Assembly (NCBI GenBank): GCA_964016885.1
Contig: OZ024741.1
Span: 294,934,001-294,998,000 of the forward strand
Length of the DNA stretch: 64,000 bases
Direction: 5' to 3'
Source of the DNA: Eledone cirrhosa
Lineage: Eukaryota
Position numbers and translations under genes: made by a program. Below, piece after piece: positions 10,549 through 24,498 of this stretch (position 1 is its first letter; each line of letters begins with the position of its first letter). Below the pieces are notes generated by a model. The model was not told the origin of the DNA, did no database searches, and worked only from the letters and a program-made list of their open reading frames with translations.

Positions 10549-13500
10549 TCAGAAAGGTTATAAAACACAATAAATACTGTTAGAACTGGATCATCATCAT
10601 CTTATATCTACTTTCTATGTTGGATTGGCTTGGATGGGTTGTCAAAGCATTAGACCAGATGGGTTAGAGCAACCTCATCTTGTTCATATATTCCATATTT
10701 TATATGATTTCTATAGTTAGATGCCCATCTTAAAACCAACCATTTTTTATGGCACTATGGCTACCACTTGTAAATATTATGAGTTGGTAGGGATGTCTAA
10801 CTAAATTTCCCTTAATATATTTTAGTTGATTCAGATACATATGTGATTGTAATATTGCTAGTCCAAATTAATTTTAGGTGTCGCTACGAAATGAATTAGT
10901 GGGCAGAATAGTTTGTGGGAAGTTAAAGCAGTGTTAAAAATTAGTATGAACATAGAAATTGAGTTATTGCAGAACACCAGTCGTCGGATCATTTTAAAGT
11001 CTGTTTTTCCATGCTTGCATTGGCTGGATGAGTCCTTTCCAGCAGAGTGTTTCATCTTTTGTTGTATTCCTTTGCCATCCACTTTGTGAAGTTCAGCATC
11101 CTGAGATAAGCTTTCACCACTTCTGGCCACAAATTCCTCCAACTTCTTTTGTGACTTCTTTCCACTTTGTTCTCCTTGGCATCTTTTTCTGCATGATAAA
11201 AGAATATAAAATATTTTTCTATATGAAAGGAAGATAGAACATACATATGTGTGTATGTGTGTGTTGAAATAATTGCCTACAATAAATTCAGTGGTCTCTC
11301 AGTTGTATGTGCATTAAATGAGTATTTGTACAAGTGGTTTCCAGGTTTCCATCTTTGAAAACACTGTCTTCTTGCTTTCACAGCCATACCACATTTTATT
11401 ATAAACTAGTCCTAAGTGTAAGAATATGTAAACAAGGTAAATGTATCTTGCATTGAAAAAGGTTATAAGGAATATTAATAATTTGTATGTGCTAAACACT
11501 GTCAGTTCCATTGAAAATTCTAACTTCCTGCTTGTCATTTGAAATTATGTTAGCAGTTGTTCATGTTTGTGTTAAAAAGCTATTCTAAATTTTGTAGTAC
11601 AGGGCCATGCAAAACTGGCAAGACACCCAGGCTATATGTAAAATGCATGCTCTCAAATACGGTGATAGTTCCAGGCCAGATTTGAAATGTATGTCCCATT
11701 TCAAACAGTTTATTGCGTAATATATTCCAATCAAATGCAGGGCTTTTTCTCTCCTGCTGGAATAACCCCTCCTAGGTTGTCCTCCACTGCTTTCTGTTTG
11801 GTTTTGGTCATATAAGGGGTGTAGCTGTACACACCATGCTTGGCAAATTGCTGATTGGTGAGGCCATTTATCTCATAGTATGGGTTAATTGTTTGAAATA
11901 GTAGGGAAACAACAGTGGTTATAAATTATGAAATAACCAGTAAAGGTGAGAATTACTTTCTAAAACATCTATGCCTGGCTTGTTTCAAAATAAATTACTC
12001 TCAGTCAATATGATTGGATGTAATAAGCTGATTAGAATCTGAAATTTATTCAAGCACATAATTTTCTTCTGTATTGTGAAATTCATTTTCAAATTGGACC
12101 AAATAAAAAGATAAGTAAAATACCACTAATAAAGTGATGTTGATAAAGTGAAGTATTTATACATAACTTTAAATTAATTCAATATGACACCATAACACTA
12201 TGATGAATGGATTAGATAGATTTTTCAATAACGGAAACTTGATTGATTTTAGCTTCTACTGCTACTGAAGTTGTTTTGATTGTCATCTTGTGTGTTATCT
12301 TTTAAACTTACTAAACCCATTATGGTAAAGAATAATTTTGTACTTTGTTGTTCTATGTAGTAGCACATAGTTAAGGTGTTTGGCTCCTAATTGTAAGGTC
12401 GCAAGTTTGATAAACATCAGGGAATTATGACATTTTGAAATAATGAAAATGATTGTGTACAGGTGCACTACAACAATTTTTTTTCACTTTGTTATAGTTC
12501 ACTCAGTAAAAAAAAGGTGAGTTGCACCTGTAATCCAAAGGGCCAGCCTTGACACACAGTCATGCTGAATCTCATTGAAAATTAAGCTAAGGGTACTGTT
12601 AATTTCACAAGCAGGATATTTTTCTCAAACAATTGGCACAGTAATCATTGTAACTGAAGGAGCCCAATCACACAGTAGCATTAGTAGTGGTGATACCAAA
12701 TATTACAAATATTACTGTGATATCACCTATACTACAGCTGACTCCACAACTGCTTCTCTCATTATTTATTTTCTACTCACCAGTCTCATATGAAATATGT
12801 ACAGTGATGATGGAAATGGATTTTAAGAACTCAGTCTGTGTCAAGGTCTCATGGTTGATATTGTAAAGTAGGGAGTAGATGCTACCACCACTAATGAGAA
12901 ACTAAACAGTAGGGTAACACAGCACCCCTGCATATTCCCCCATTTCCATCACTGAAAACCTCTGGTATGCATTGTATATCTTTATAGATATTTGATTGAA
13001 GAAGATGGATAATCATCTATGGGTTAGCATCTCTCCACTAGTTTCTTTCACTTGTCTAATCTCTTTTTTGAAGTATCCTGAGATTTCCTTAATTGATTCT
13101 CTTCAAGAACATTCTAACACATCCCAGCATTTTTCTTTACATTCTTACTTCTATTTTATAGATATTAAAAGCTAATTAATTAATATATAGCAGGAGTTTT
13201 GTGTTTAGTTGTTAATTAGCAGTCATTCACTTTTCAGACATTAGTCAGTTAGCTAGTAATTACTAACTCACCTTTAGGTGTCTGTCTATGAGTAGTATGA
13301 CTGGGAAAAGCTACTATATTTAAAAAAAAATATGTATGAGGCTATTATCTAATGGAGAGTTTTCCAAACATTTCACATTTGCAACATATTTACAAAATGA
13401 AATCTTTTTGTGGCATGTTAATTAAATTTTGGCAGTGACACAAAATAAACGAAATTAATAAACAGTTAGATATGATAGCATATGTCACACATCACATGTC

Positions 13501-13759
13501 TAATTATTCACAGAATTCTAAGATCTTAAATATACTTCATAGTTAAATATTTGTTAAAATTGATCAGATGTGACATAATTTCATGAGACACCTAAAGAAT
13601 ATTGGCAATACACTAAAGTTTTACAACAGTTTAGAAACCCTTCTAAATACCCATATCTTTCTTTGCCACAAAAATATTTTACATAAGTTAAAACTGATCC
13701 ATTAGTAAGCAATATGAATAGTGGGAGGTTAATTGGATTCATCCTCTATTTGTAGAATA

Positions 13760-14050
13760 TGGAGGCATGTGATCTAGTGGTAAGGGTGTTGGACTTATGA
13801 TCATAATGCCATGGGTTCAATTCCTGGACTGGGTTTTGTGCTGTGTTCTTGAGCAAAACCTTTCATTTCACACTACTCCAGTATACTCAGCTGAAAATGA
13901 ATAATAGCAATAGCTGGGGGTTAACCCTGTGATGGACTGGTATTCTGTCCCGGGTGGAGTCTTGTACTATCAGTCACTTAACACCACAAAAACAAGGATA
14001 AGCACTAGCCTGATAAGCCTCTGGGCTTGAGACGTACTTTAGACTTAGAT
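13760..14050 (+). mobile_element. tRNA-derived SINE family B (CORE/V-like body)
   Basis: CTAGTGGTAAG A box, GGGTTCAATTCC B box, TGTGTTCTTGAGCAA..CTCAGCTGAAAATGA, CCTGTGATGGACTGG; reverse copy at ~20615-20890 and partial copies at ~7020, ~28495, ~45795. Confidence 0.75.
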
Positions 14051-14708
14051 TTGTAGAATGTTACTTGGTAATAAATAAATAGAAGAAATATTGTTATTTT
14101 GGTGGATAAATTGTGTCTTGTATAGAAATATATGGAAAATTATAGATATTAAATCCTTGTTTTCCTCTTTCACGACATATGTAATTAATTTATGTTTATA
14201 GAAACATCTAAACTAGGATCATAATTTTCATATCAATTTTTTCATGTTTACCTAGATGAGACAAGTCCCCTAAAATTGAATGTTTATTTTGCTTGTTGTG
14301 TTCCTTTGTCATCTCATTTGTGTGGATCAATTTCCTGAGAACAGCTTTCACTACTTTTGCCTATATCTTTCTTGATATTCCCTCTTCTTCATATTCTCTC
14401 CATTTGAATCTCTTGACATTTCTTTACCCAAATGTCATCATCCATATACATTACATGGCTATATCTGTACAGTCTTCTTTCATGCACAAAATATTTAATT
14501 CCTCTTATATTCAGTTTTTCTCTCAAGTCATCTGTATTTCATTGTTCAAGCCTACTAGTGTTACACACTGTGTCCACTTCATTATTTTCCAGCATATGTG
14601 TAAAGATGGAGAGAAACTGTTTGTTAAATAAATGTAAAAGAAAACATCTCAGGCATTTACTTCTGCTTCACATTTGTTTCAATCATATTTATTATGTATC
14701 ATAAGTTG

Positions 14709-14925
14709 AGGGCCATGGATTGGCAGTATCAGTAAAGCATCGGACGACATGCTTTGCCACATAGAGTTATGCCGCTTTACTTTTTTAGTTCAAATCCTGT
14801 GGAGGTTCGCTTTGCCTTTCATCCTTACAGAGTCGATAAAAGAAAGTACCAGTAATGCATTAAGACCGATTTAATCGACTTTTCCCTCCCCACAAAATAA
14901 TTGTTTTCCTTGTGTCTAGATCAGA
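14709..14925 (+). mobile_element. family A SINE (long form)
   Basis: GGATTGGCAGTATC head, TTCAAATCC, core, GATTTAATCGACTTTCCC insert. Confidence 0.85.
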
Positions 14926-14934
14926 ATCTCCAGG

Positions 14935-15232
14935 TAGAGCCGCTGCTGTTCCGAATTGAGAGATTACAGCTCCAATATTATGGGCAAGTGGTTAGAATAT
15001 CTCAGGAAAGAATTGCTGAATAGATTTGACATGTAAAACCAAATGGCAGCAGATCCAGGGATAGAACTTAAGCAAGATGGGTGGATAAAATCCATGAGCT
15101 TGGCTGGTTTTGTTTGGAGATCTAACTGAATCAATTGGAGACAGATACTTCTGTCATGACCCTTTGGATGGCATGCTTGAGGAATCTGCCCCCATGACTC
15201 TCCCAGGAATAAGTGAGCAAAAAAGAAGAAAA
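14935..15232 (+). mobile_element. old RTE LINE 3' end (further copies ~25690-25835, ~26005-26270, ~61725-61790)
   Basis: LLFRIERLQLQYYGQVVRISQERIA; shared terminus CAGGAATAAGTGAGCAAA..GAAGAA. Confidence 0.7.
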
Positions 15233-15384
15233 TTAAATAGGCACATATTTTAATCATTTAGAAAGTTTTATTTCAGCAAATAACATTTGCATACTGATAT
15301 AGTTGACATTTGACATATTGACTTCTTTCTGTTGCAAATCTATTTTGAAATAGGAAAATCTCTAAAATATATATTTACTCAATT

Positions 15385-15650
15385 GCATGAGACCTCAACA
15401 GTTGTTGGAATTCTATGTGTACTGCTATGACATGCTGTGTATCATCTTTCTCCATCTGTTGCAGTTATCTGCTAGATCTCTGGCCACACTTAAGGATTTG
15501 TCTGTCCATTCTTTGATGTTGTCCATCAATCTTTTTCCCTCTTTGCTGCTGTTTCACTTCCCCCTCCACATTTCCACATAGATTTATCTTTGCAAAGCAA
15601 CTGGACATTGTTACATGAAAATACCACCTCAGCTTCTCTGTCTTCACTGT
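15385..15650 (-). mobile_element. old RTE (BovB-like) LINE 3' end
   Basis: KLRWYFHVTMSSCFAKINLCGNVEG resembles the KLRWYGHV.RS.GLAK.ILQG.VEG C-terminal pattern. Confidence 0.65.
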
Positions 15651-16295
15651 TAAATATTGATTCTCAACTTCTTAATGCTGATTATCTATCACAACAAAGA
15701 AATGGCTTTTATATGTAATCTTCATAATTCTCCGCTATTTAAATTCAATGTTAAAACTTCACTACAAATATATATATACACTCTTACAACAATTATTTAT
15801 AGCATTCCACAGATAAAAGCATGCTATTTGAAAATGTATAATATTCTTCTCTTTGCCTTATAACATTTCTATTGGAAACGATGAGCTCTTCAAGCAAAGA
15901 AAATTATCTTATAACTTATTCGTTTGATCTCAGAATTTTAGAAAGAAAATAAAAATAAGCAAACAGAACAAAAACTACAACAGGAAATATACATTACCCG
16001 TGGATCTTAGAAGTATCTTGCCAATTTTGTTTATTGATTAAGTATTTTCATATAAAGGTAAGAGAGTAGGGTGGTGATGGTGGTTGGTAAATAGAAAGAA
16101 AATTCACCATCTCCATCTTGTGATGTAAAATAAACAATTTGATGATGGCCAGGCAAGTCACCTTAACTATCAAATACTGAAAATATTAGCTTAGAAGTAG
16201 ATGTTGAAAGTGTTATGAGTATTTGTCTATTCGATCAAATGGTAGTTTTGCCAAATATGTATATTTAATTTTAGTTTACTCTTTATATATATATA

Positions 16296-17148
16296 AATTG
16301 GCCGCTAAAGGTTTCTCTCTAAAAATGAAAGGCAGGCTGTATGATACCTGCATACGAACAGCGATATTACATGGCATTGAGACATGGGCCTTGTGTGCAG
16401 AGGATCTACGCAGACTGGAGTGGAACGAAGCTTGCATGCTCCGTTGGATGTGTAATAGTAATATACGCGAATGGCAAAGCATAAATGAACTAAGTGAGAA
16501 ATTAGGAATAAGAGGAATCGGGTGCTGTTTACTCGAGAGAAGACTACGTTGGTATGGTCACGTGATGCGTATGAAAGATGACAGCAGTATAAAAAAGTGC
16601 AGGGCGATCAAAATAGATGGTAGCTACGGAGTAGGCAGACCCAGAAAAACCTGGGATGACTTGATAAAATCCGACCTCACACACTTACACCTCTCCAAGA
16701 CAATGTCACTGGACCGAGATCTTTTGCGCTACGTAGTAATACAGAAGACCCGCCTTGCCTAAGTACAAAGCGAAACCTACAGTCAGTAGGCACCTCTTAA
16801 CCAAAATACACCCCCGCCCCACTAACCCTACCCCCACCGCCATCTACACCACCCCTTTCGATGTAAAGCTATGTTGGTACCACAACATCCAGTCCTAAAT
16901 AAATGAGGTTGTGTAGGTGTCACGACAAAAAAAACACACAGTCCACGCTGTAATGTGGCCGTGTAGGTAACATGGTAAAAACCTCCCAGTCCACACTGTA
17001 AACGTGGTTGGTGTTAGGAAGGCCATCCAGCTGTAGAAAACCCTCCTGACAGTCCTGAGCAAAACAACCAATCTTGCCTCAAATGGGACAATTCCCGTCC
17101 AGACCCATGCTAGCGTGGAAAATGGACATTAAACGATGATGATGATGA
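16296..17148 (+). mobile_element. 5'-truncated RTE LINE (C-terminus, 3'UTR, (GAT)n tail)
   Basis: Protein highly similar to the C-terminus of the 18133-19707 ORF (LHGIETW, RRLRWYGHVMRM, GRPRKTW); ends GGACATTAAACGATGATGATG. Confidence 0.92.
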
Positions 17149-17223
17149 TATATATATAAACATATATACACATAGTGTGTATGTATATGTATTTATGTGT
17201 GTGTATATATATATATATATATA

Positions 17224-20084
17224 TTGTAACACTAACTTCAAAAAACGTGACAATCACCTGATCACCTATAGATCGGGGGAACACACAAGCCAGGTAGATT
17301 ATATTCTTACCAGAAGACGTGACAGAGTGTCTGTTGTAAACACTAAATCCCTCCCCCATGAAGAATGCACCTCCCAACATAGACTGATAATTAGCGACCT
17401 AATAGTCAGGACGAGACGTACTAGACAACAGAAGAAGACTATCCTCAGGGGAAAAATATGGAAGCTAAAGGACCCCACAGCCAGAAATAAATTTAAAAGC
17501 ATACTACTTGATGCTTTTGACAGTAAGGAAGAGCAATTAGAGTCGTACAATATAGAGGAGCAGTGGAAATTCCTGAAAGCAAACCTGCTGATGGCGGCAG
17601 ACGAAGTCTGTGGCTGGAGCAGGCCTGTAGGCAGGAGGGGAGTAACATGGTGGTGGAACAGTAAGGTGGAGGGGTCAATTAAAGCCAAAAAGCAGGCGTG
17701 GAAAGTATGGCGGGATGGGGGAAGTAGAGAAGACTATCAAGTGGCCAGGAGGGAAGCTAGGAAACAAGTGTACTTCGCAAGAAGGGAAGCAGAGGAAAGA
17801 AAGTTCAAGCATGTTCTACAACGCGAGGACCAAAAACGTGAGGTGTTCAGGATTGCTAGGCAATGTGTCAAGGAAAACTGTGATATTGTCGGGGAGAAGT
17901 GTGTACTTAATGATGACGGCGTACTTGCCATCACCGACGCTGATAAGAAGGTAGCTTGGAAGTGTCACTATGAAAGGCTACTAAATGAGGAGAATAAATG
18001 GGAGAAAGACAGTCTCCCCCACATCGACCCAATAGAGGGACCAGCAGTGTTAGTCGAGGGTAGTATAATAAGTAAGGCAATCAAGGATATGAAGACGGGT
18101 AAGGCAGCTGGCCTTCGGAAATAGTTGCTGAGATGCTGAAGGCATCTGGCACGGTGGGACACACCATGGTCACCCGGATAGTTAACCAAGTCGTACAGAA
18201 TGGGGTTGTTCCGAAGGACTGGCGTAGCAGCATCATTGTTAACTGTTATAAGGGTAAAGGAGATGCCCTAGATAGGAGTAACTATAGAGGCATTAAATTA
18301 ATCAACCAGGTCATGAAGGTCACGGAAAAAGTAATAGCGCAACTAATCAGAGAGAGAATTGACCTAGATGAAATGCAGTTCGGGTTTGTGTCAGGCAAAA
18401 GTACCACAGACGCTCTTTTCATTGTACGACAACTACAGGAGCAGTACCTAGCTAAAAGTAAACCCCTATACTTAGCTTTTGTCGACTTGGAGAAAGCCTT
18501 CGGCAGAGTCCCCCGTTCCATTATCTGGTGGGCTCTTAGAAAACTAGGTGTTGACGAATGGTTTGTGAGAGCTATACAAGCCATGTATAAAGAAACAGTC
18601 AGCAAGGTTAGAATTAACAACGAATATAGTGAAGAGTTTAGCGTAAAAGTTGGCATCCATCAGGGCTCTGTTCTCAGCCCCCTACTATTTATTATTGCCC
18701 TTCAGGCTATAACAGAGGAGTTCAAGACCGGCTGCCCATGGGAACTCCTATACGCAGATGACCTAACACTCATAGCTGAATCAATGGCCGAGCTAGAGAA
18801 GAAATTCCAAACATGGAAGCCCGGCCTAGAATCAAAAGGCCTTAAAATTAACCTGTCTAAGACCAAAGTTCTAGTTTGTAGGAAAGGAAATAAGGCGGCG
18901 GTCCCTTCCGGGAAGTGGCCATGCTCAGTGTGTAGGAAAGGCGTAGGTAGAAACTCCATTTTGTGTCCGAAATGCAAAGTATGGGTGCATAAAAGATGTA
19001 GTGGGATCACAGGTAAACTAACTAAGAACATAGATTTCACATGTGGCCGGTGCTCTGGTGCAATAAGTAGAAGCAAGTGCCCACAAAATACTAGCTCTTT
19101 GAACTGCGCAGAGGGCTCTATAGAAATAGTGGACAGCTTCCGTTACCTGGGTGACAAAATCAGCAGTGGGGAAGGGTGCTCTGAAAGTACAGTAGCTAGA
19201 GTCAGAACTGGATGGAAAAAGTTCAGAGAGCTTATACCACTATTAGCCGCTAAAGGGTTCTCTCTAAAAATGAAAGGCAGGTTGTATGATGCCTGCATAC
19301 GAACAGCAATGTTGCATGGCAGTGAGACCTGGGCATTGTGTGCAGAGGATATATGCAGACTAGAGAGGAACGAAGCTTGCATGCTCCACTGGATGTGTAA
19401 TAGTAATATACGTGAACGGCAAAGCATAAACGAACTAAGGAAAAAATTAGAAATAAGAGTGATCAGATGTTGTTTACTCGAGAGAAGACTACGTTGGTAT
19501 GGACACGTGATGCGCATGAAAGACGATAGCTGTATAACAAAGTGCAGGGCAATAAAGATAGACGGTAGCCACGGAATAGGCAAACCCAGAAAAACCTGGG
19601 ACGAGCTGATAAACTCCGACCTCACACACTTACACCTCTCCAAGACAATGTCACTGGAACGAGACCTTTGGCGGTACTCAGTAATAGAGAAGACCCGCCT
19701 TACCTAAATACATAGTAAAACCTACTACAGTCAGTAGGCATCTCTAACAAAATACACCCCCACCCCCCACCCCATCCACACCGCCCCCTTCTATGTAAAG
19801 TTATGTTGGTGCCACACCATCCAGGCCGAAACAAATGAGATCGTGTAGGTGTCACGACAAAAAAACACACAGTCCACGCTGTAATGTGGCCGTGTAGGCA
19901 ACCCGGTAAAAACCTCCCAGACCCAGACTGTAAATGTGGTTGGTGTTAGGAAGGGCATCCAACTGTAGAAAACCTGCCAGAGCAAGACAATCACTCTTGC
20001 CTCAAGTGGGAAAACCCCCGTCCAAACCCATGCAAGCGTGGAACATGGACGTTAAACGTTGATGATGATGATGATGATGATGAT
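17224..20084 (+). mobile_element. RTE LINE, 5'-truncated: partial APE, RT, PHD-type zinc finger, 3'UTR; one frameshift near 18112
   Basis: SQVDYIL/QHRLII (APE end), NYRGIKL, FVDLEKAF, QGSVLSPLLF, LYADD, FRYLG, LHGSETW; a 1-nt loss explains G(P)SEIVAEMLK; (GAT)n tail at ~20060-20084. Confidence 0.95.
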
Positions 20085-22232
20085 ACACACACACACATAC
20101 ATGTATATATGTACTTTCATATAAATGTGTGAAGATTACACTTTAGTTTTCTTATATATCAATTTTGAAATGCATATCTCTAATTATACATGCTTACATT
20201 TACTAATTTTTTATTCTGAGTCTTCTGTTATTCTGTCTCTCTGCTTTCATCTCTCTCTCTCTCTCTTGTAATTGTGATTACACATTGATACGTATATATA
20301 TCTATGCCCGCATGTGTGTAGATATATACACAATTATATGTGTATAGTGCCTTTGATTTGATTTGCATCTAAATGTAAATATTTGCTGCAAAAAGCCTCA
20401 TATAGAGACATCTATAATTGTCAAATGGTATTTGGAAAATTCACATGACCAAATATAACAAATACAATTTAAAAATACATAACTCCTGACATTTGCAGTG
20501 TTTTCAGTATGAAGGCTTTCTCTATAAAACCTTTACTTTATGGTGTTCAAGTTCCAGTTATGTACATCTTCACACACCATCACTAAGTATCTCTAAGTCT
20601 AGTTTAAAGTCTATCTCAATCCAGGAGGCTCGTCAAGCCAGGTCTTATCCTAGTTTTGTGGTGTGAACGACTGAGAATACAAGACTTCCCCCTAAACAGA
20701 ATGCCAGTCCCTCATAGGGTTATACCCCCAGCTATTACTGGCACTCATTTTCAGCTGAGTATACTGGAGCAATGTGAAATGAAGTGTTTTGCTCAAGAAC
20801 ACTACACACAACCCAACCCAGGAATCAAAGCCATGACATTATGATTGTAAGTCCAACACCCTTACCACTAGGCGACGGGCCTCCACACAAATAAGTATCT
20901 GACTTTCACAAATATGTTTTTGCTATTTTTTACAAGAACAATTATATGCACTGTAAAATAAATAAAAAGCTAAATATATATTTTCCCAATGGACATACAG
21001 ATCTGAGGTATCTGGGGTTTTGAGTTAAGGATTTCTGCCATTATATGGAATAGGGACCTCTATTGGTTCCGATGATGAATGTTTCAGTCATTTGATCAAC
21101 AGAACATGAAATTAACATGTAAGTGATTAAGCATTCCACAGTTCATCCAACGGGCTTCCAAACAGTTTCTGTCTACCCAATTACACTTACAAGATATTTG
21201 GCAATCCTAGACTATGGTGAATGACACAGTAGGATCAACTCCAAATCTAAGGATTGGGAAACCAAATTTTTAACCCTTTAGTCATGCTAGGCCCACATGT
21301 GTGCCATGATATGCCACATCACATTCCCACAACATGTGCAGCCAGTCATTGGTTCTTTGTTTGCCTCTTCTTCACCCTCCCTCAACTGTTCCCTGAAAGA
21401 TAGTTCACCACTTAGAGCTTCTAAAGGACTTAATCTAGCCCCGGGCTTAAGAATTTTGTCCACATTTGACATTGATACAAGCATCGAATTCTTTTATTTA
21501 TTTTCTGTTACCTTATTGAGTTGATCATCTGGAATTTGTCTGTCTTTTTGTGTTTACACACACACACACACATTAATATGCTCTCTGTTTGTATGTGTGT
21601 GTAAGTGTGGCTCACTCTCTTTCGCTCATGTGTATGTGTATTTATACAATCATACTGAACTACAGAAATATGTATGCCTGTATATATGTATTTTACTCAA
21701 TTATATGTATGTATAGTAACTTTGATTATATGAAGTATTCAACAACCAGCTCTCTGCTCAAGTCATACATTTATATCTACTGTAAGAATTTATTTGTTTT
21801 TGGAGAGAACAATTTATCTTATGTGCATGTGTATTTTTTTTTTTTTTCCTATTTCTTTTTACAATACATAAACTATTGTATAAGTGGCACATTTTTCTCT
21901 TATATCTCTTATTATCAAGACGTTTATTTTGGTTATATTTTAATGAAAATTGAAGTTGATTATTCAGTTGTTTTTTTCAATCTTGGCAAGCATAAGACCA
22001 ATTGTTTCACTTTTATCATTTTCTTTTTATGAAAGCCATTGTTTTGAGTGTCTATACTCTATAAACTACAGAAGATATGTAATAAAACAAAATTGAAAAT
22101 GTTATTTAATTCTGCAAGTCTAGTTAATCTTAGAGTTGTCTTTTTTATTTATTTTTTTTTTTAAGTCATTTTATTTATATAATGGGATATTAGAATTTTC
22201 AGAATTTTATTTGTGTGTATTTATATATAAAT

Positions 22233-24498
22233 GTCATCATCATCATTCGTCGACTACTGTCGAGGTGATGGATCTCACTCTCATGCCCCAGAATTCCCTG
22301 TCCCCCATCGCTGCCCCCAGGTCCTGTCTACTGATTCCCGTATCCCTAGAGATAACATCAGGGAATGACAGCTTCCTACTCCTAGTCAGGTTGGAGTCAG
22401 GGTTCCAGAGCAAGAGAGCGGATATGATTTCATTGCTGGCACGGTGACAGTGGCCAGCAAATTGAGCTCTCCGGGATTTTAGAAGAGCAGAGGCTCGAGG
22501 GAGTTTGCCATAGATTTTAGACAAGGTGGGATGTCGTTTCCAGGATAGGTTTTGCACTCTCATTAAGAGGCGGGTATATGTGCCATCCAATCTCCTCTCA
22601 AGTTGTGATGTTAGTGTCCAAGTTTCGGATCCATAAAGTAATATGGGCTTAATGGTTGCTTGGAATATTTCCAGTTTTAGCTTGTTGGTAAGTTGAGATG
22701 TCCATAGGGCGTGCATGTCATTGCACACTGACCATGCCATACTCTTCCTAGTTAGAAAATCTTTTTTGGAGGAGGAGATATATGAGCCAAGATACTTGTA
22801 ATCTTCCACCTGCTTAAGGGTGGTACCATTAAGGGTTCTGATGGGGTAGTTTGGGCTGTTTGCGCATCTGTTCACGTACTCAGTCTTGGATTTGTTGAGG
22901 TACAGTCCAACACAGTTGGACGCTTGCTCTAATGACTTCAAAAGACTCTCAGCATTTTCCAGTGTCCGACTGATCAATACGATGTCGTCAGCAAAGTCGG
23001 TGTCAGTCAAGTATTTTGCTGGGTAGCATGAGCTTCTCCTAGGCTGTAGTTGGTATCCCCTATCCTGAATCCTATCCACAGACATGCGCAAAACATAATC
23101 CACAACAATGATAAATAGATACGGAACAAGGGTATCGCCCTGTAAAATTCCAGCGAGGATTGAGAAAGGTGGTGTTTCCCTATCTGTGGTCAGGACAGTT
23201 GATTTGGTATCTGTATACATTACACGTATGGCCGCGATGATTTTATCAGGAATCCCATAGAGTTGTAGAATTTCAAACATCCCCGACCTGTCAACTGAGT
23301 TGAGGGCTTTTGAAAAATCAACAAAGATGAGTGCAAGGTCTAGATTGCGGTTTTGGGACTCCTCTATAAGTCAGCGAAGGCAGCAGAGAATCTGGCTAAG
23401 TGTTGATCTACCTCTCCTAAATCCATTCTGGTTGTTACGAAGGATTGGCTCAAGAAATGGGATTAAGCAGTTAAGAAGAAGCTTGTTGTATATTTTTGCA
23501 GCAATTGCCATGAGAGAAATTCCTCTATAGTTGGTGACTAAAGAAAGATCTCTTTTTTGGGGCATGGGGATAATGTGAGCTGCATGCCAGACGCTAGGTG
23601 GTTTATTGGTCTCGAAAGTATGGTTACATAAGTTGAGCAAAAGGATGTGGAAATGCTCATCCTTCCAAATCAGGGTAGGTATATTATACGGCCCAAAGGC
23701 TTTTGAGGCTTTGAGCTGTTTGATGGTTTCTTTGAGCTCAGGCATGGTGAAAGGAGAGGTGTTGATTCCTAAAGGCTCTGAGACCTGAACGGATGGCAGT
23801 TGATAGTTATCAGGGAGTCTGGCCTTTTTCCCTAGAAGGTTTTTAAAATGAGCAGACCAATTTTCAAGACGTTTTTTGGCAGAGCCTCCTTTGATTCTAA
23901 CTGCAGAGTTTGAGTTTTTGCCTGAAAGATCTTTGACAACCTTCCAAGCAAGATGATGGTGTTTGCTGATGTGATGTTGCGATAGCTGATCAATCCTACC
24001 TGAGATATAGTCGGCTTCAGCATTAAGATAAGCGTCGTCTAGTGATTTTTTGGCCATGATAAGCTGTATCTTTTTCCCTTGAGATGGTGATTGATGGTGA
24101 GATTGGGATATTGACCTAAGATGGGCCCTTGCCTCAACTACCTTTTCTGAGGCACTAGGTTTCATTTGGCTTCGGCTTTTCTTTTTAGGTAGGGTGGCAA
24201 GTGCAACTTCCTCTGTTGATTGCTTAAGACAGTCATACACATCCTCAGAAGTTGAGAGAGATTGAAATCTGTTATAGACTTGAAGCGTGAAGCTATTGGA
24301 TAGTTGTTTGTTGGAAGAAACGGCTTTCCAGTCTATTCTTTTCATGGGATGAGGTTCGGCCCTCTTGGATATCCTGAAACTAAGTTTGATTGTTGCCGAG
24401 ATGACTCGATGATCTGAGCCGACAGAGCTAAAGGAGGAATAAGATCTAGAATCTTTGATTGAGTTTCTCCATTTCTTGCGAAATATCAAATAGTCAAT
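22233..24498 (-). mobile_element. RTE-X-like LINE, 5'-truncated, single in-frame stop at 23371-23373
   Basis: SDHRV, NYRGISL, QNGFR, FVDFSKA, LQGDTL, DFADD, YKYLGS; ORFs 24489-23371 and 23280-22243 share one frame; (TGA)n tail; possible TSD atataaat. Confidence 0.95.

Noticed and set aside
11052-11246. SWRNLWPE motif resembling a pogo/Tigger transposase C-terminus
   Set aside because: One short motif only; no DDE domain or TIRs seen
13760-13835. tRNA gene
   Set aside because: A and B boxes belong to SINE heads; no complete cloverleaf and they continue into SINE bodies
17299-19643. Antisense ORFs over the RTE element
   Set aside because: Shadow ORFs of the coding strand
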